This document shows positions 54,937-64,000 of a DNA stretch of 64,000 bases, one piece after another. Below the pieces are notes generated by a model. That model was not told where the DNA came from. It ran no database searches and saw only the letters and a program-made list of their open reading frames with translations. The translations under genes and the position numbers were made by a program. How positions within the stretch are numbered: position 1 is the first letter of the stretch; each line of letters starts with the position of its first letter. The DNA is from Bryobacterales bacterium (GTDB taxonomy: Bacteria; Acidobacteriota; Terriglobia; Bryobacterales; UBA6623): contig JAPPLB010000150.1 of the NCBI GenBank assembly GCA_028819575.1, positions 8,683-72,682 on the forward strand, in the 5' to 3' direction.

Positions 54937-57900
54937 ATGCGGCCGAGCCCCATGTTCTCGGACGGGCCGGAGTTCGATAGAATGACAGTCTTCCCTATGC
55001 GGGTCCTTCCGGTGTCGCTGCTGGTTGTGGCCGCTCTCCTCACGAGCTGCTCCAATAACTCAGGCCCCGCATTCGCGCCGTCTGGCCCCAGGCAGATCGA
55101 ACTACAACAGATTCGAAATCTCGGCAAGGCCTTCTACGAGAACCCCGCCACGCAAAATCTCGCGCCGGAGACGTTGCGCAAGGCGGTGGACATCGATCCG
55201 GATTCAGCTCGCGATCAGTTGAATTACGGTCTCGCGCTGCTGCGCGCCGGCCTGACGGAAGAGGGCATCGCTGCGGTCCGCAAGGCGCAGGAGATGGACC
55301 CGGAGATTCCCCATACCTGGTTCAACCTCGGGGTGGAGTTCAAGAAACAAGGCGAGATGGATCAGGCGCTCGTACAGTTCGAGCGGATGGCCGAGTTGAT
55401 TCCCAATCACGCCAAGACTCGCTACCAGCTTGGAACGCTTTACAAGCAGCAGGGCGAAACCGAAAGGGCGATGGAGGAGTTCGAGAGGGCGGCTGAGCTC
55501 GATCCGAGCCTGGCGGCGCCGCACTTCCAGATGTTCGGGTTGCAGCGGCGGGCTGACCCCGAGCGTGCTCGCGAGGAAATCGAGATCTTCAAGAAGCTGA
55601 AGGCGGCCCAGGCCGGCGCGGCGGTGGGCGAGGACGTTGACTGGAGCTTCTACTCGGAGTTGTACGATCCGATTCGACCCGCCATGCCGCCGTCCGCTGG
55701 CGAGGTTCGTTTCGAAGCCGAGGCCGTTGCGGTCGATTTGGAGGGCACGCCCTTGGGGATCGAGGTTCTCGACGCGGACGGCGACGGGGCAACGGACATG
55801 CTCGTGTGGTCAGGCGAAGCGGCGCTGCTGCTTGCCCGAAGCGGCGGAACGTGGGAACGGCGGGAATCGCCGGGCCTCTCCGGGACCGCCGGATTGCGGC
55901 GGTTCGCGATCGGAGACTCGAACAACGACGGTTTCTCCGACTGCGCCGTGGTGCACAGCGGCGGCGTCGATTTGATGTCCAGCGCTTCGGGTCGATTCGA
56001 CGCACGAACGACCTTGATCGAGGGTGATTTCGCGGATGCGGTCTGGGTGGACTTCGATCATGACTACGACCTCGATCTGATGGCCGTGGGCCGGGATCAG
56101 GCTCTGCTTCGCAACAATGGCGATGGGACGTTCCTCAATGTCTCGGAGAAGTTTCCTTTCGAGAAGGGTCCGGCAAGGGCCGTGACTACCCTCGAATTGG
56201 AAGAGGACAACGGGAACGACATCGTGATCGCCTACGAGGATGCGCTGGTGGTGTTCGAAGATCGCAAGCTGGGCCTGTTCGAACCGCATCCGGTCGCAGG
56301 GTTAGCCACCGGCTCGGGCATCGCCCGGCTTGATGTATTCGATCTCGACCATGACGGCTTTCTCGATGTCGTGTTGACCACCGAATCCGGTTCGCGCGTA
56401 GCCGAAAACCATGATGGAGATTTGAAGCCCGGACCGGATCTGCCGCGCCTGCTCGCGGTGGGAGACAGTACGAACCGTGGCTGGTTCGACGTGCTGGGAA
56501 GCGACGGTTTGGCGCTGAATGCGGGGGCATTCCGGTTCACGTCAAGCGGCGCCGCGACGGGATCTTTCAGCGCGGCCGCCGCGGCTGATTTCAACGGCGA
56601 CGGTGCGGTCGATTTCGCGACGTTGTCAACCGACGGCGCGCTTGCGATCCAGCGGAATCGAACCGGGACGCAAAATCATCACGTAACGATCGCGATCGAA
56701 GGCGTCAAGAACCAGAAGCGGGCCGAGGGAGCGCGGGTGGAAGTCAAGGCGGGACTCGGCTACGGCAAGCAGATCTACCGCGGGATTCCTCTCACGTTCG
56801 GCGTTGGAGCGAGCGAGTCGGTCGAGACGGTGCGCATTACTTGGCCCAACGGATTGATTCAGAACGAGTCCGAGCAGCCGGTCGGCGTGATGCATCGATA
56901 TGTCGAGAAGCCGCGGCTCTCGGGCTCGTGCCCGATGATTTTCACCTGGAACGGTACCGAGTTCGAGTTCATCAGCGACGTGCTCGGCGTAGCGCCTCTC
57001 GGGGTCGGCCTCGGGGACGGGCGGTTCTTCCCGACCGATAACGACGAGTACATCCAGGTCGGCAGTGCGTCTCTCAAGCCGCGGGATGGTTTCTACGAGG
57101 TGCGCGTGACGGAAGAACTGCGCGAAGTATCCTACCTCGATCAGATCCGGCTCATCGCTCTCGATCACCCGGCCGGCACCGAGATTTATACCAACGAAAA
57201 GTTCATCTCGCCGCCGTTCCCGCCGTTCCGCTTGTTTGGAGTGAGGGAGCGGCTGCCGGCGTCCTCGGCGATCGACGGCCGCGGGCGGGACGTGCTTGAT
57301 GAGCTGTCACGGCGTGACCGGCGCTATCCCGAGGGATTCAGCCGGGACTTCGCGGGCCGGGCCGGGATGCACACGCTGACTCTTGATTTCGAAAGTCTGC
57401 GTGGACATGACGACGCCGTGCTCTTTCTGCATGGCTGGGTGGATTGGGCGGACGGGAGTACTTTCGTCGGCTCGGCGCAGAGCGCGGGCAACATGCTGCT
57501 GCCGCCGCGTCTGGAAGTTCGCGGCGAGCGGGGCGAGTGGGTGACGGCGATCGAAGACATGGGCATCCCGTCGGGCAAGCCGAAGACGATCGCCGTTGAT
57601 CTCAAGGGTGTGTTTCCGTCTGATTCCCGGGAGATCCGGATCACTACGAACCTGTGTGTCTATTGGGACGAAGTGTTTGCCGCCTTGCATGCCAGGCAGC
57701 CGGAAGTTCGATTGACCGGATTGAACGCCGCGAAGGCCTCCTTGGGATTCCGCGGGTTTTCGAAAGTCGAGATTCATCCCGAGCGGAGGCAACCCGAGAA
57801 GTTCATCTATTCGCAGGTGCAACCGGCGTCGATGTGGAATCCCACTCCGGGCTACTACACCAACTACGGTGACGTGCGAGAGTTGCTGGCCGACATCGAT

Positions 57901-58203
57901 GACCGCTTCGTCATCATGGGTTCCGGTGACGAGCTGAAGCTGCTGTTCCCGGCCAACGGGCTTCCGGAACTGCCCGGCGGCTGGACTCGCGACTACCTGC
58001 TGTACTTCGACGGCTGGGCGAAGGACGGCGATGCGAATACGGCCTACAGTTCCGCCGTCGAGCCCCTGCCTTTCCATGGGATGAGCGGCTATCCCTACGG
58101 ACCGGACGAGAGCTATCCCGACGGCGAACTGCACCGAAAATATCTCGAAGAATACAACCAACGCCCGGCGTTACGTCTGCTGCCTCGGTTTTCCCGGCCA
58201 TGA
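54937..58203 (+). CDS. CRTAC1-family lipoprotein: TPR, FG-GAP/VCBS repeats and an ASPIC/UnbV domain
   Basis: Lipobox LLTSC, TPR region, repeated DxDxDGxxD loops (DADGDGATD, DSNNDGFSD, DLDHDGFLD, DFNGDGAVD) and the UnbV_ASPIC block (RVEVKAGLGYGKQIY...VRITWPNG). An alternative start is at 54997. Confidence 0.85.
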   Translation: MRPSPMFSDGPEFDRMTVFPMRVLPVSLLVVAALLTSCSNNSGPAFAPSGPRQIELQQIRNLGKAFYENPATQNLAPETLRKAVDIDPDSARDQLNYGLALLRAGLTEEGIAAVRKAQEMDPEIPHTWFNLGVEFKKQGEMDQALVQFERMAELIPNHAKTRYQLGTLYKQQGETERAMEEFERAAELDPSLAAPHFQMFGLQRRADPERAREEIEIFKKLKAAQAGAAVGEDVDWSFYSELYDPIRPAMPPSAGEVRFEAEAVAVDLEGTPLGIEVLDADGDGATDMLVWSGEAALLLARSGGTWERRESPGLSGTAGLRRFAIGDSNNDGFSDCAVVHSGGVDLMSSASGRFDARTTLIEGDFADAVWVDFDHDYDLDLMAVGRDQALLRNNGDGTFLNVSEKFPFEKGPARAVTTLELEEDNGNDIVIAYEDALVVFEDRKLGLFEPHPVAGLATGSGIARLDVFDLDHDGFLDVVLTTESGSRVAENHDGDLKPGPDLPRLLAVGDSTNRGWFDVLGSDGLALNAGAFRFTSSGAATGSFSAAAAADFNGDGAVDFATLSTDGALAIQRNRTGTQNHHVTIAIEGVKNQKRAEGARVEVKAGLGYGKQIYRGIPLTFGVGASESVETVRITWPNGLIQNESEQPVGVMHRYVEKPRLSGSCPMIFTWNGTEFEFISDVLGVAPLGVGLGDGRFFPTDNDEYIQVGSASLKPRDGFYEVRVTEELREVSYLDQIRLIALDHPAGTEIYTNEKFISPPFPPFRLFGVRERLPASSAIDGRGRDVLDELSRRDRRYPEGFSRDFAGRAGMHTLTLDFESLRGHDDAVLFLHGWVDWADGSTFVGSAQSAGNMLLPPRLEVRGERGEWVTAIEDMGIPSGKPKTIAVDLKGVFPSDSREIRITTNLCVYWDEVFAALHARQPEVRLTGLNAAKASLGFRGFSKVEIHPERRQPEKFIYSQVQPASMWNPTPGYYTNYGDVRELLADIDDRFVIMGSGDELKLLFPANGLPELPGGWTRDYLLYFDGWAKDGDANTAYSSAVEPLPFHGMSGYPYGPDESYPDGELHRKYLEEYNQRPALRLLPRFSRP

Positions 58204-60971
58204 GCACGCCTCGAAAACTAGCGATCTGCTTGCTGCTGGTCGTCGTCAGCGCGGGCTGGATCTGGGCGTTTCCGGAGGCAAGTGTCTTCTTCGTCGGCAC
58301 GGTGCTGCTGCATGTGGTGCTCGGCGTGGTGCTCGTCGGCGCGGCGTTCCGTCATTGGCGATCTGGATGGATGGCGTTGCTTCGACGAGATGCGAAGTTC
58401 GCGCTCTCCGCTTTGGCGGCCTCGGCTCTGTTCGGCCTGGTCCTCGGGTATGTCGGTGCGACGCGGCCGAACCAGTGGATTGTTCAGATCCACGGCGCGG
58501 CGGGATTCCTGGGCGTAGCGCTATTGACGGGATGGGCGGTCCGTCACGCCAGGGCATTTGCGCCGTGGGTCGGCGGGGCGGGCGTGCTGGCGCTGTGCCT
58601 GCCGATCTACGTGGCGCTTCGGAGTCACTGGTTCCCGACGCCACAGGACCGCATCGTGAACCCACTGGAAGCACCCGAGTCGATGGAATACGAGGGCGGC
58701 GGCGTGGGAAGCCCTTTCTTCCCTTCGGCCTCGCAAACCAATACGGGAGGCTACATCCCATCGGATTTCTTCCTTGATTCGAAACTCTGCGGTGAGTGCC
58801 ACAAGGACGTCTACGAGCAGTGGAACGAATCGATGCACCACTTCTCGTCGTTCAACAACCAGTTCTATCGCAAGTCGATCGAGTACATGCAGGAGACCGC
58901 AGGCATCGAAGCTTCGAAGTGGTGCGCGGGCTGTCACGACCACGCGATGTTCTTCAACGGCCGGTTCGAGAAACCCGCCAAAGGGCAGATCGACACGCCG
59001 GAAGCGCAAGCCGGGTTGGGGTGCGTTTCGTGCCATTCGATTTCGAGTGTCGCGGACACGATGGGCAACGGCGGGTTCACGATCGAGTACCCGGCCCTGC
59101 ATCCGTTGATGGCGAGCAGGAATCCCGTCATTCGCGCCATCGACAGCTACGTCATCAACACCGCGCCGGCCGCCCACCGCCGAACCTTCATGAAGCCGTT
59201 CATGCGGCAGGACCGCGCCGAGTTTTGTTCGTCTTGCCACAAGGTGCATCTTGACCTGCCGGTGAACAACTACCGTTGGATTCGCGGCTTCAACGAATAC
59301 GATTCGTGGCAGGCGAGCGGCGTCTCGGGGCAGGGAGCGCGGTCGTTCTACTATCCGGCGGAGTCGGCGGACTGCTCGGATTGCCACATGCCGCTCGTCG
59401 AATCGGATGATCCGGGCAACGTGGACGGCTACGTGCACTCGCATCGCTTTCCGGCCGCGAACACCGCTGTGCCCTACGTCAACGGGCATCAAGAGCAGCT
59501 TCGGGTTACACGGGAATTTCTGGAAGGCTCCGTGACCGTGGACATCTTTGCGATGGCTCCGGCCGCGGACCTCGGCGGGCTCGAAATGCGCCGTACGAGT
59601 TCGGATGAGCCGATGCTCGCGACCTCTTTCGCTGTCGGCGAAGAAAGCGCGGCCATGGGAGCGGCCGCCGTGCTCCGCGAAGTAGGTGAGACGGCTGCTC
59701 CGCTCGACCGTGCGCAGGCGAGGGTCGCGCCGGGCGATGTCGTTCGCATCGACGTCGTCGTGCGTACGCGTACGGTGGGCCACTTCTTCCCGGGCGGTAC
59801 GGTGGACTCGTTCGATGTATGGCTCGAGCTGTCGGCCAGGGACGCCGGCGGAAAGCCTTTTTTCTGGAGTGGCTGGATCGAGGACGACGGCCAGGGCCCG
59901 GTCGAGGATGGCGCGCATTTCTATCGAGCGTGGCTCCTCGACGAGCATGGCAATCCCATCAACAAGCGAAACGCCTTCCATATGAGGAGCGCTCTGTACG
60001 TCAGGCAGATTCCCCCCGGCGCGGCCGACGTAGCCCATTTCCGGATGCGCGTCCCCGAAGATGCCAAAGGCCCGATCGAGCTCCACGCCAAGCTGAACTA
60101 TCGGAAGTTCTCCCACTTCTACACCTCGTTTTCCTATGCCGGACAGCCGAAGGCCGACGGCGCGGCGTTCACGAAAGACTACGATGACCGCGAGTTCACC
60201 TCCGATCCGGCGGACATTCCGGACAATGTTTCAGGAGACATTCGCGATCGAATCCCGGATCTTCCCGTGATCGTGATCGCCGAGGATCGGAAGACGATCG
60301 GGGTGGGCGGCGGTGCGCCTTCCTGGGGACCGGTGGTCCGTGAGGAAGACTACGAGCGCTGGAACGACTACGGGATCGGGTTGCTCCTTCAGGGAGACCT
60401 GAAAGGAGCCGAATACGCCTTCGAGCGGGTGACCCAAGCGCGTCCGGACTTCGCGGACGGCTGGTTGAACGTGGCGCGTTCACTGATTCGCGAAGGACGT
60501 ACGGACGAAGCGGCCGGCTACCTCGAACGAGCGCGGGAGATCGACGACAGCCTCGGCAGAATTCACTTCTTCCGGGCCGCCGTGGCTCGCGCCGAAGGGG
60601 ATTACGACACGGCGATCGAGGCGTTGGAGCGCGTGTTGGACGCCTATCCCCGGGACCGCGTGGCGCTGAATCAATACGCCGTCGTGCTGCGGCTGCAACG
60701 GCGCTACGAGGAAGCTCTGGAGATTCTCGACCGCGTCGCGCGCATCGACCCCGAAGACCTGCAAATGTACTACACGCGCATGCTCTGCTACCGCGGCCTC
60801 GGCGATGAAGAAGCCGCCGCGCGCGCCGAGGCGCGCTTCTTGCGCTTCAAGGCCGATGAGTCGGCGCAAACGATTACCGCGACGCGCCGCCGGCAAAGCG
60901 CGGAAGACAACAACGAGCGACAAGCGATCCACGAACACGTCTCGGTGCCCGGCGACTGGCCGGAAGAGTGA
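58200..60971 (+). CDS. membrane-anchored pentaheme c-type cytochrome-like protein with C-terminal TPR domain
   Basis: About 5 N-terminal TM helices. Five CxxCH motifs (CGECH, CAGCH, CVSCH, CSSCH, CSDCH). C-terminal TPR repeats. ATGA overlap with the upstream gene. Confidence 0.8.
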   Translation: MSTPRKLAICLLLVVVSAGWIWAFPEASVFFVGTVLLHVVLGVVLVGAAFRHWRSGWMALLRRDAKFALSALAASALFGLVLGYVGATRPNQWIVQIHGAAGFLGVALLTGWAVRHARAFAPWVGGAGVLALCLPIYVALRSHWFPTPQDRIVNPLEAPESMEYEGGGVGSPFFPSASQTNTGGYIPSDFFLDSKLCGECHKDVYEQWNESMHHFSSFNNQFYRKSIEYMQETAGIEASKWCAGCHDHAMFFNGRFEKPAKGQIDTPEAQAGLGCVSCHSISSVADTMGNGGFTIEYPALHPLMASRNPVIRAIDSYVINTAPAAHRRTFMKPFMRQDRAEFCSSCHKVHLDLPVNNYRWIRGFNEYDSWQASGVSGQGARSFYYPAESADCSDCHMPLVESDDPGNVDGYVHSHRFPAANTAVPYVNGHQEQLRVTREFLEGSVTVDIFAMAPAADLGGLEMRRTSSDEPMLATSFAVGEESAAMGAAAVLREVGETAAPLDRAQARVAPGDVVRIDVVVRTRTVGHFFPGGTVDSFDVWLELSARDAGGKPFFWSGWIEDDGQGPVEDGAHFYRAWLLDEHGNPINKRNAFHMRSALYVRQIPPGAADVAHFRMRVPEDAKGPIELHAKLNYRKFSHFYTSFSYAGQPKADGAAFTKDYDDREFTSDPADIPDNVSGDIRDRIPDLPVIVIAEDRKTIGVGGGAPSWGPVVREEDYERWNDYGIGLLLQGDLKGAEYAFERVTQARPDFADGWLNVARSLIREGRTDEAAGYLERAREIDDSLGRIHFFRAAVARAEGDYDTAIEALERVLDAYPRDRVALNQYAVVLRLQRRYEEALEILDRVARIDPEDLQMYYTRMLCYRGLGDEEAAARAEARFLRFKADESAQTITATRRRQSAEDNNERQAIHEHVSVPGDWPEE

Positions 60972-61088
60972 AGGGACCGGCTACGAGTAGCATTCGCAGC
61001 GCACCCGCTCCACGGACTCTCGTGAGTCGATAGGAATACTCGATTTCTCGAACTCATACGCACAATTCTTCTTTGTCATTGGCTCGAT

Positions 61089-61137
61089 CTGCCTTTTCTC
61101 ACTTCACCTCGCAGCGCCCTGAGGTGAGAAAAACAGG
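61089..61137. repeat. minimal hairpin relative of the MITE TIRs
   Basis: CTGCCTTTTCTCAC...GTGAGAAAAACAGG. Confidence 0.4.
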
Positions 61138-61153
61138 AAGAGACTCTACGTCT

Positions 61154-62254
61154 TCAGATCAATCGGCGGTCGAAGGTTACGGATTTGATGAGGGCGAAGA
61201 CGGGAGTTCCCTTCGTGAGTCCCAGGTCTTCGACGGCGGCTCGCGTGAGCCGCGCGCGGAAGCGGGTGGTTCTCAGGGCGACATAGACTTCGGCGAAGGC
61301 GGTGTCGGGCTCGGGGGTGATGTCGTCCACGGCGCCGGGGAGGACGTTGCGGATGCTGATGCCTTCGGGCCGCCGGGTGGCCAGGGCCACGTCGCGGGCT
61401 CGGATGCGGAGGCGGATGGTGTCGCCGGGCTTGAGGTGGCCGACCATCGGCATTTTCAGCGTCTCGCCGTCGAGGTCGAGATGGGTGAGCGCGAGGCGCT
61501 CGTCTTGTCCGGTCACACGGGCCTCGACCAGGGCGCCGGCATCGAAGCGGCCGGTGATGGGCTGGAGGTCGAGGCGTTCGACGATCGCTGCGGCGGGGCC
61601 GTAGGCTTGCGGGCGGCCGTCCGCCAAGACAAGCACGCGGTCGGCGAGCCGGACGACTTCTTCCAGAGCGTGGCTGACGTAGATGGTCGGGATGCCGAAG
61701 CGCTTCGGGAGATCTTCCAGATAAGGCAGAATGTCGGCTTTGCGTTCGAGGTCAAGGGCGGAGAGGGGCTCGTCGAGCAGGAGCAGCTTGGGGCGGGTCA
61801 GGAGCGTCCGGGCGAGGGCGACGCGTTGGCGCTCTCCCCCGGAGAGCGAACCGATGCTCCGGTCCAGCAGCGGTCGAAGGTCGAGGGCGGCGATGACGTC
61901 GCCGCGGTTGAAGCCGGCGGCGCGGGTTCGGCTGCGCTTGTCGGCAAAAGCGAGATTGCCGGCCACGCCAAGATGCCCGAAGAGGCGCGCATCCTGGAAC
62001 ATGAAGCCGACGGGCCGGCGATGTGCGGGGACGTTCACTCGGGCCTCGCTGTCGAACCAGATCTCGCCTCCGAGGGCGATGCGGCCGGCCCTCGGGGTCT
62101 CGAAGCCGGCGATCGTCTGGAGGAGCGTGCTCTTGCCGCCGCCGCTCGGTCCGAAGAGCGCGGTGACGCCGTCGAGGCGCAGCTCTTCCGCAACATCGAG
62201 GTCGAATCCGGGAAAGGAAAGCTGGACCCGGAGGGACAGCAACTCAGCCGACAT
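61154..62254 (-). CDS. modC: molybdate ABC transporter ATP-binding protein with C-terminal TOBE/Mop domain
   Basis: Walker A GPSGGGKST, signature LSGGERQRVALAR, Walker B LLLLDEP. The start is set at MSAELL, overlapping the modB end by 11 nt. Confidence 0.9.
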   Translation of the reverse strand: MSAELLSLRVQLSFPGFDLDVAEELRLDGVTALFGPSGGGKSTLLQTIAGFETPRAGRIALGGEIWFDSEARVNVPAHRRPVGFMFQDARLFGHLGVAGNLAFADKRSRTRAAGFNRGDVIAALDLRPLLDRSIGSLSGGERQRVALARTLLTRPKLLLLDEPLSALDLERKADILPYLEDLPKRFGIPTIYVSHALEEVVRLADRVLVLADGRPQAYGPAAAIVERLDLQPITGRFDAGALVEARVTGQDERLALTHLDLDGETLKMPMVGHLKPGDTIRLRIRARDVALATRRPEGISIRNVLPGAVDDITPEPDTAFAEVYVALRTTRFRARLTRAAVEDLGLTKGTPVFALIKSVTFDRRLI

Positions 62255-62915
62255 GCACGGGGAACCTTCGGTTGAACGTGTAGATGAGCAGCAGGACACA
62301 GAAAGAGAAAGCGACGAGGCCCGCCGAGAGGACGTGCGCCTCGGCATAGCGCAACGTCTCGACATGCTCGTAGATGGCGATCGAGATGACGCGTGTGCGT
62401 CCGGGGATGTTGCCGCCGACCATCAGCACCACGCCGAATTCACCGATGGTGTGAGCGAAGGTGAGCACGGCCGCGGTGAGAAAGCCCCGCGCTGAAAGAG
62501 GTACGGCAACGTTGAGAAAGGCGTCGAGCGGCGAGGCGCGCAGGCTGGCGGCGGCTTCCATCGGCCCGCGGCCTACCGTTTCGAATGCGCTCTGAAGCGG
62601 CTGCACCATGAAGGGCAGTGAATAGAAGATGGAGGCGACGACCAGTCCGCTGAAGGAAAAGGTGAGAGCGTCGCCGGTGACATCGACCCAGAGACCGCCC
62701 AGGAAAGACGTGGGGCTGAGGATGACGAGCAGGTAGAAGCCGAGCACGGTGGGTGGCAGGACGAGCGGCAGCGCCGTGACCGCTTCGACGGCGGGCTTGA
62801 GGCGCGAGGTCGTCGTAGCGAGCCACCAGGAGATGGGCGTCCCCAGGACGAGCAGGATGGCGGTGGTGACGAGCGCCAGGTGGAGCGTGAGCCAGAGAGG
62901 TCCGAGATCGGGCAT
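62244..62915 (-). CDS. modB: molybdate ABC transporter permease
   Basis: Five or six TM helices, an ABC permease EAA-type loop (MEAAASLRASPLDAF) and synteny between modA and modC. Confidence 0.9.
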   Translation of the reverse strand: MPDLGPLWLTLHLALVTTAILLVLGTPISWWLATTTSRLKPAVEAVTALPLVLPPTVLGFYLLVILSPTSFLGGLWVDVTGDALTFSFSGLVVASIFYSLPFMVQPLQSAFETVGRGPMEAAASLRASPLDAFLNVAVPLSARGFLTAAVLTFAHTIGEFGVVLMVGGNIPGRTRVISIAIYEHVETLRYAEAHVLSAGLVAFSFCVLLLIYTFNRRFPVHVG

Positions 62916-62918
62916 GGG

Positions 62919-63698
62919 TCAGTCCACGGCGTAGCCGAAACTTTCGATGACGCCGCGGGATTCCTTCGACTTCAGGTAGTCGAGAAAGGCGCGAGCGGCG
63001 GGATTGTCGATGCCTCGGTTGAGCAGAACGGCATCCTGGCGGATGGGCGCGTAAAGGTGTTGAGGTACGTCCCATCGGCTGCCTTTCTGTCGATTGCGGG
63101 GACTGAGGACATGGGACAGCGCGACGAAGCCCACGTCGGCGTTGCCGGTGGCGACGAGGGCGTGTGCCTGGCCGATGTTTTCACCCATGACGATGCGCTG
63201 ACGGAGGGTGCCGAAGAGGCCGAGGGCTTTCAGTGTTTCGCGGGCGGCGGCGCCGTAAGGGGCCAGGTCGGGGTTGGCGATGGCGAGCTTGTCGAATGCG
63301 CCGTCCCGGAGGATTGCGGGGCCGGCGGCGGAAATGCGGTTGGGGTCGGGGCTCCAGAGCGTGAGACGTCCGATGGCATAGGTGAATCGGGACCCGGCGA
63401 CGGCCTGGGATGAGGTTTCGAGCAGTCGAGGCCGGTGCTGATCCGCGGCCAGCAGGATGTCGAAGGGGGCGCCATGGCGGATTTGGGCGTACAGTTTGCC
63501 GGTGGAGCCTGTGGTGATGGTGAGGGTGTGCTCGCTTGTGTCCTCGAAGTGGGTTGCCAGGTGGTTGGCCGTTTCGGAGAAATTGGCGGCGACGGCGACG
63601 AGAGCGTCCCCGGCGGATGCCGAGGAGCAGAGGAATACTCCCACTAGAGTGGCCAGGACCGGCAGAGCAGGGAAGCGTCCTTTTGACAAGCTAAGCAC
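62919..63698 (-). CDS. modA: molybdate ABC transporter periplasmic substrate-binding protein
   Basis: Signal peptide. ...LTITTGSTGKLYAQIRHGAPFDILLAAD... is typical of ModA. GTG start. Confidence 0.88.
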   Translation of the reverse strand: MLSLSKGRFPALPVLATLVGVFLCSSASAGDALVAVAANFSETANHLATHFEDTSEHTLTITTGSTGKLYAQIRHGAPFDILLAADQHRPRLLETSSQAVAGSRFTYAIGRLTLWSPDPNRISAAGPAILRDGAFDKLAIANPDLAPYGAAARETLKALGLFGTLRQRIVMGENIGQAHALVATGNADVGFVALSHVLSPRNRQKGSRWDVPQHLYAPIRQDAVLLNRGIDNPAARAFLDYLKSKESRGVIESFGYAVD

Positions 63699-63959
63699 TA
63701 CGGTTTCCCCAGCGTAACACCGGCGGTGAAGGAGATATGGCCGGACGGCAGTGGAGACCGCTCAGCTCCTCCGGGACCATGGGCGCGCCATGGATCGCCG
63801 GTGCGTTTTTCTCCGAGGCGATGTTGTGCGGAGTAGGTCGTTGGCGGGTCGTATCCTTTACGGACAGACTTTGGTCCGACCCGGCCAGGTTCCCGCTAGG
63901 ATCTTTGGGGATCTTGGGATAGAATGGCGCTAACGTCGGTCCTACAGGAGGAGATCTGA

Positions 63960-64000
63960 TGGACAAACAATACCGCCCGATGGTTGATTTCCTGGTGGCC
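63960..64000 (+). CDS. start of an unidentified gene, truncated by the window end
   Basis: RBS GGAGGAG lies 6 nt before ATG (MDKQYRPMVDFLVA...). Confidence 0.4.

Noticed and set aside
63699-63959. Possible Moco riboswitch in the 260-nt leader upstream of modA.
   Set aside because: I could not find the conserved Moco-motif core by eye. Only generic GC-rich pairing is present. A cmscan with RF01055 would settle it. The ORF at 63691-63966 on the minus strand is likewise unsupported.
1-64000. Search by eye for tRNA, rRNA, tmRNA, RNase P RNA, CRISPR arrays, integrase or transposase genes and reverse transcriptases.
   Set aside because: I saw none of the following: T-arm GGTTCGAATCC-type motifs, rRNA-like conserved blocks, periodic repeat-spacer arrays, or recombinase and RT motifs. 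This is a visual scan only, so tRNAscan-SE, Infernal and HMM searches should confirm it.

Overview
High-GC bacterial chromosomal window. The gene content points to Acidobacteriota: a GWxTD protein, a TIGR03436-like VWA protein, CarboxypepD_reg-fronted TonB-type barrels, DUF1501, CRTAC1/ASPIC-UnbV and many TPR proteins. I support about 48 protein-coding genes. I recognised no rRNA, tRNA or CRISPR array by eye.

Housekeeping anchors:
- yceD-rpmF-plsX
- hppA
- modABC
- fadD-like ligase
- thpR

Main points of interest:
1. A roughly 3.3 kb TA/defence islet at 37.5-40.8 kb. It holds HEPN-MNT, a decayed VapBC, two decapitated DUF1156 methylase starts and a chimeric relic. At its centre is a sharply low-GC single-gene island encoding a 430-aa protein with an unknown N-terminal domain and a C-terminal HEPN-type Rx4H motif. 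This is my best candidate for an undescribed or ApeA-like defence effector.
2. A very abundant mosaic MITE-like intergenic repeat family, with at least 11 copies covering about 1.9 kb. It has 17-21 bp terminal inverted repeats (CCTGCATTTCTCACCAC) and internal CACGAnn heptad arrays. One copy supplies a start codon, one supplies a stop codon, two copies bracket a VapBC cassette, and one shows insertion polymorphism between paralogous spacers.
3. Two tandem exported proteins, each built from three fused RidA/YjgF domains (single-chain pseudo-trimers).
4. A tandem triplication of Gly-rich/TPR secreted proteins. The duplication unit carries a relic of the neighbouring VWA gene's 3' end.
5. An octaheme HAO-family cytochrome, an NrfH-like tetraheme quinol dehydrogenase and a mini membrane protein in one operon.
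6. A Kelch (NanM-like) mutarotase fused to an SSS transporter, translationally coupled to an amidase that has an unannotated GatC/AtzG-like mini-ORF.
7. A P-loop kinase fused to a dCMP deaminase (AvcD/DcdV-like architecture).

All functional calls rest on motif recognition by eye. No database search was run.
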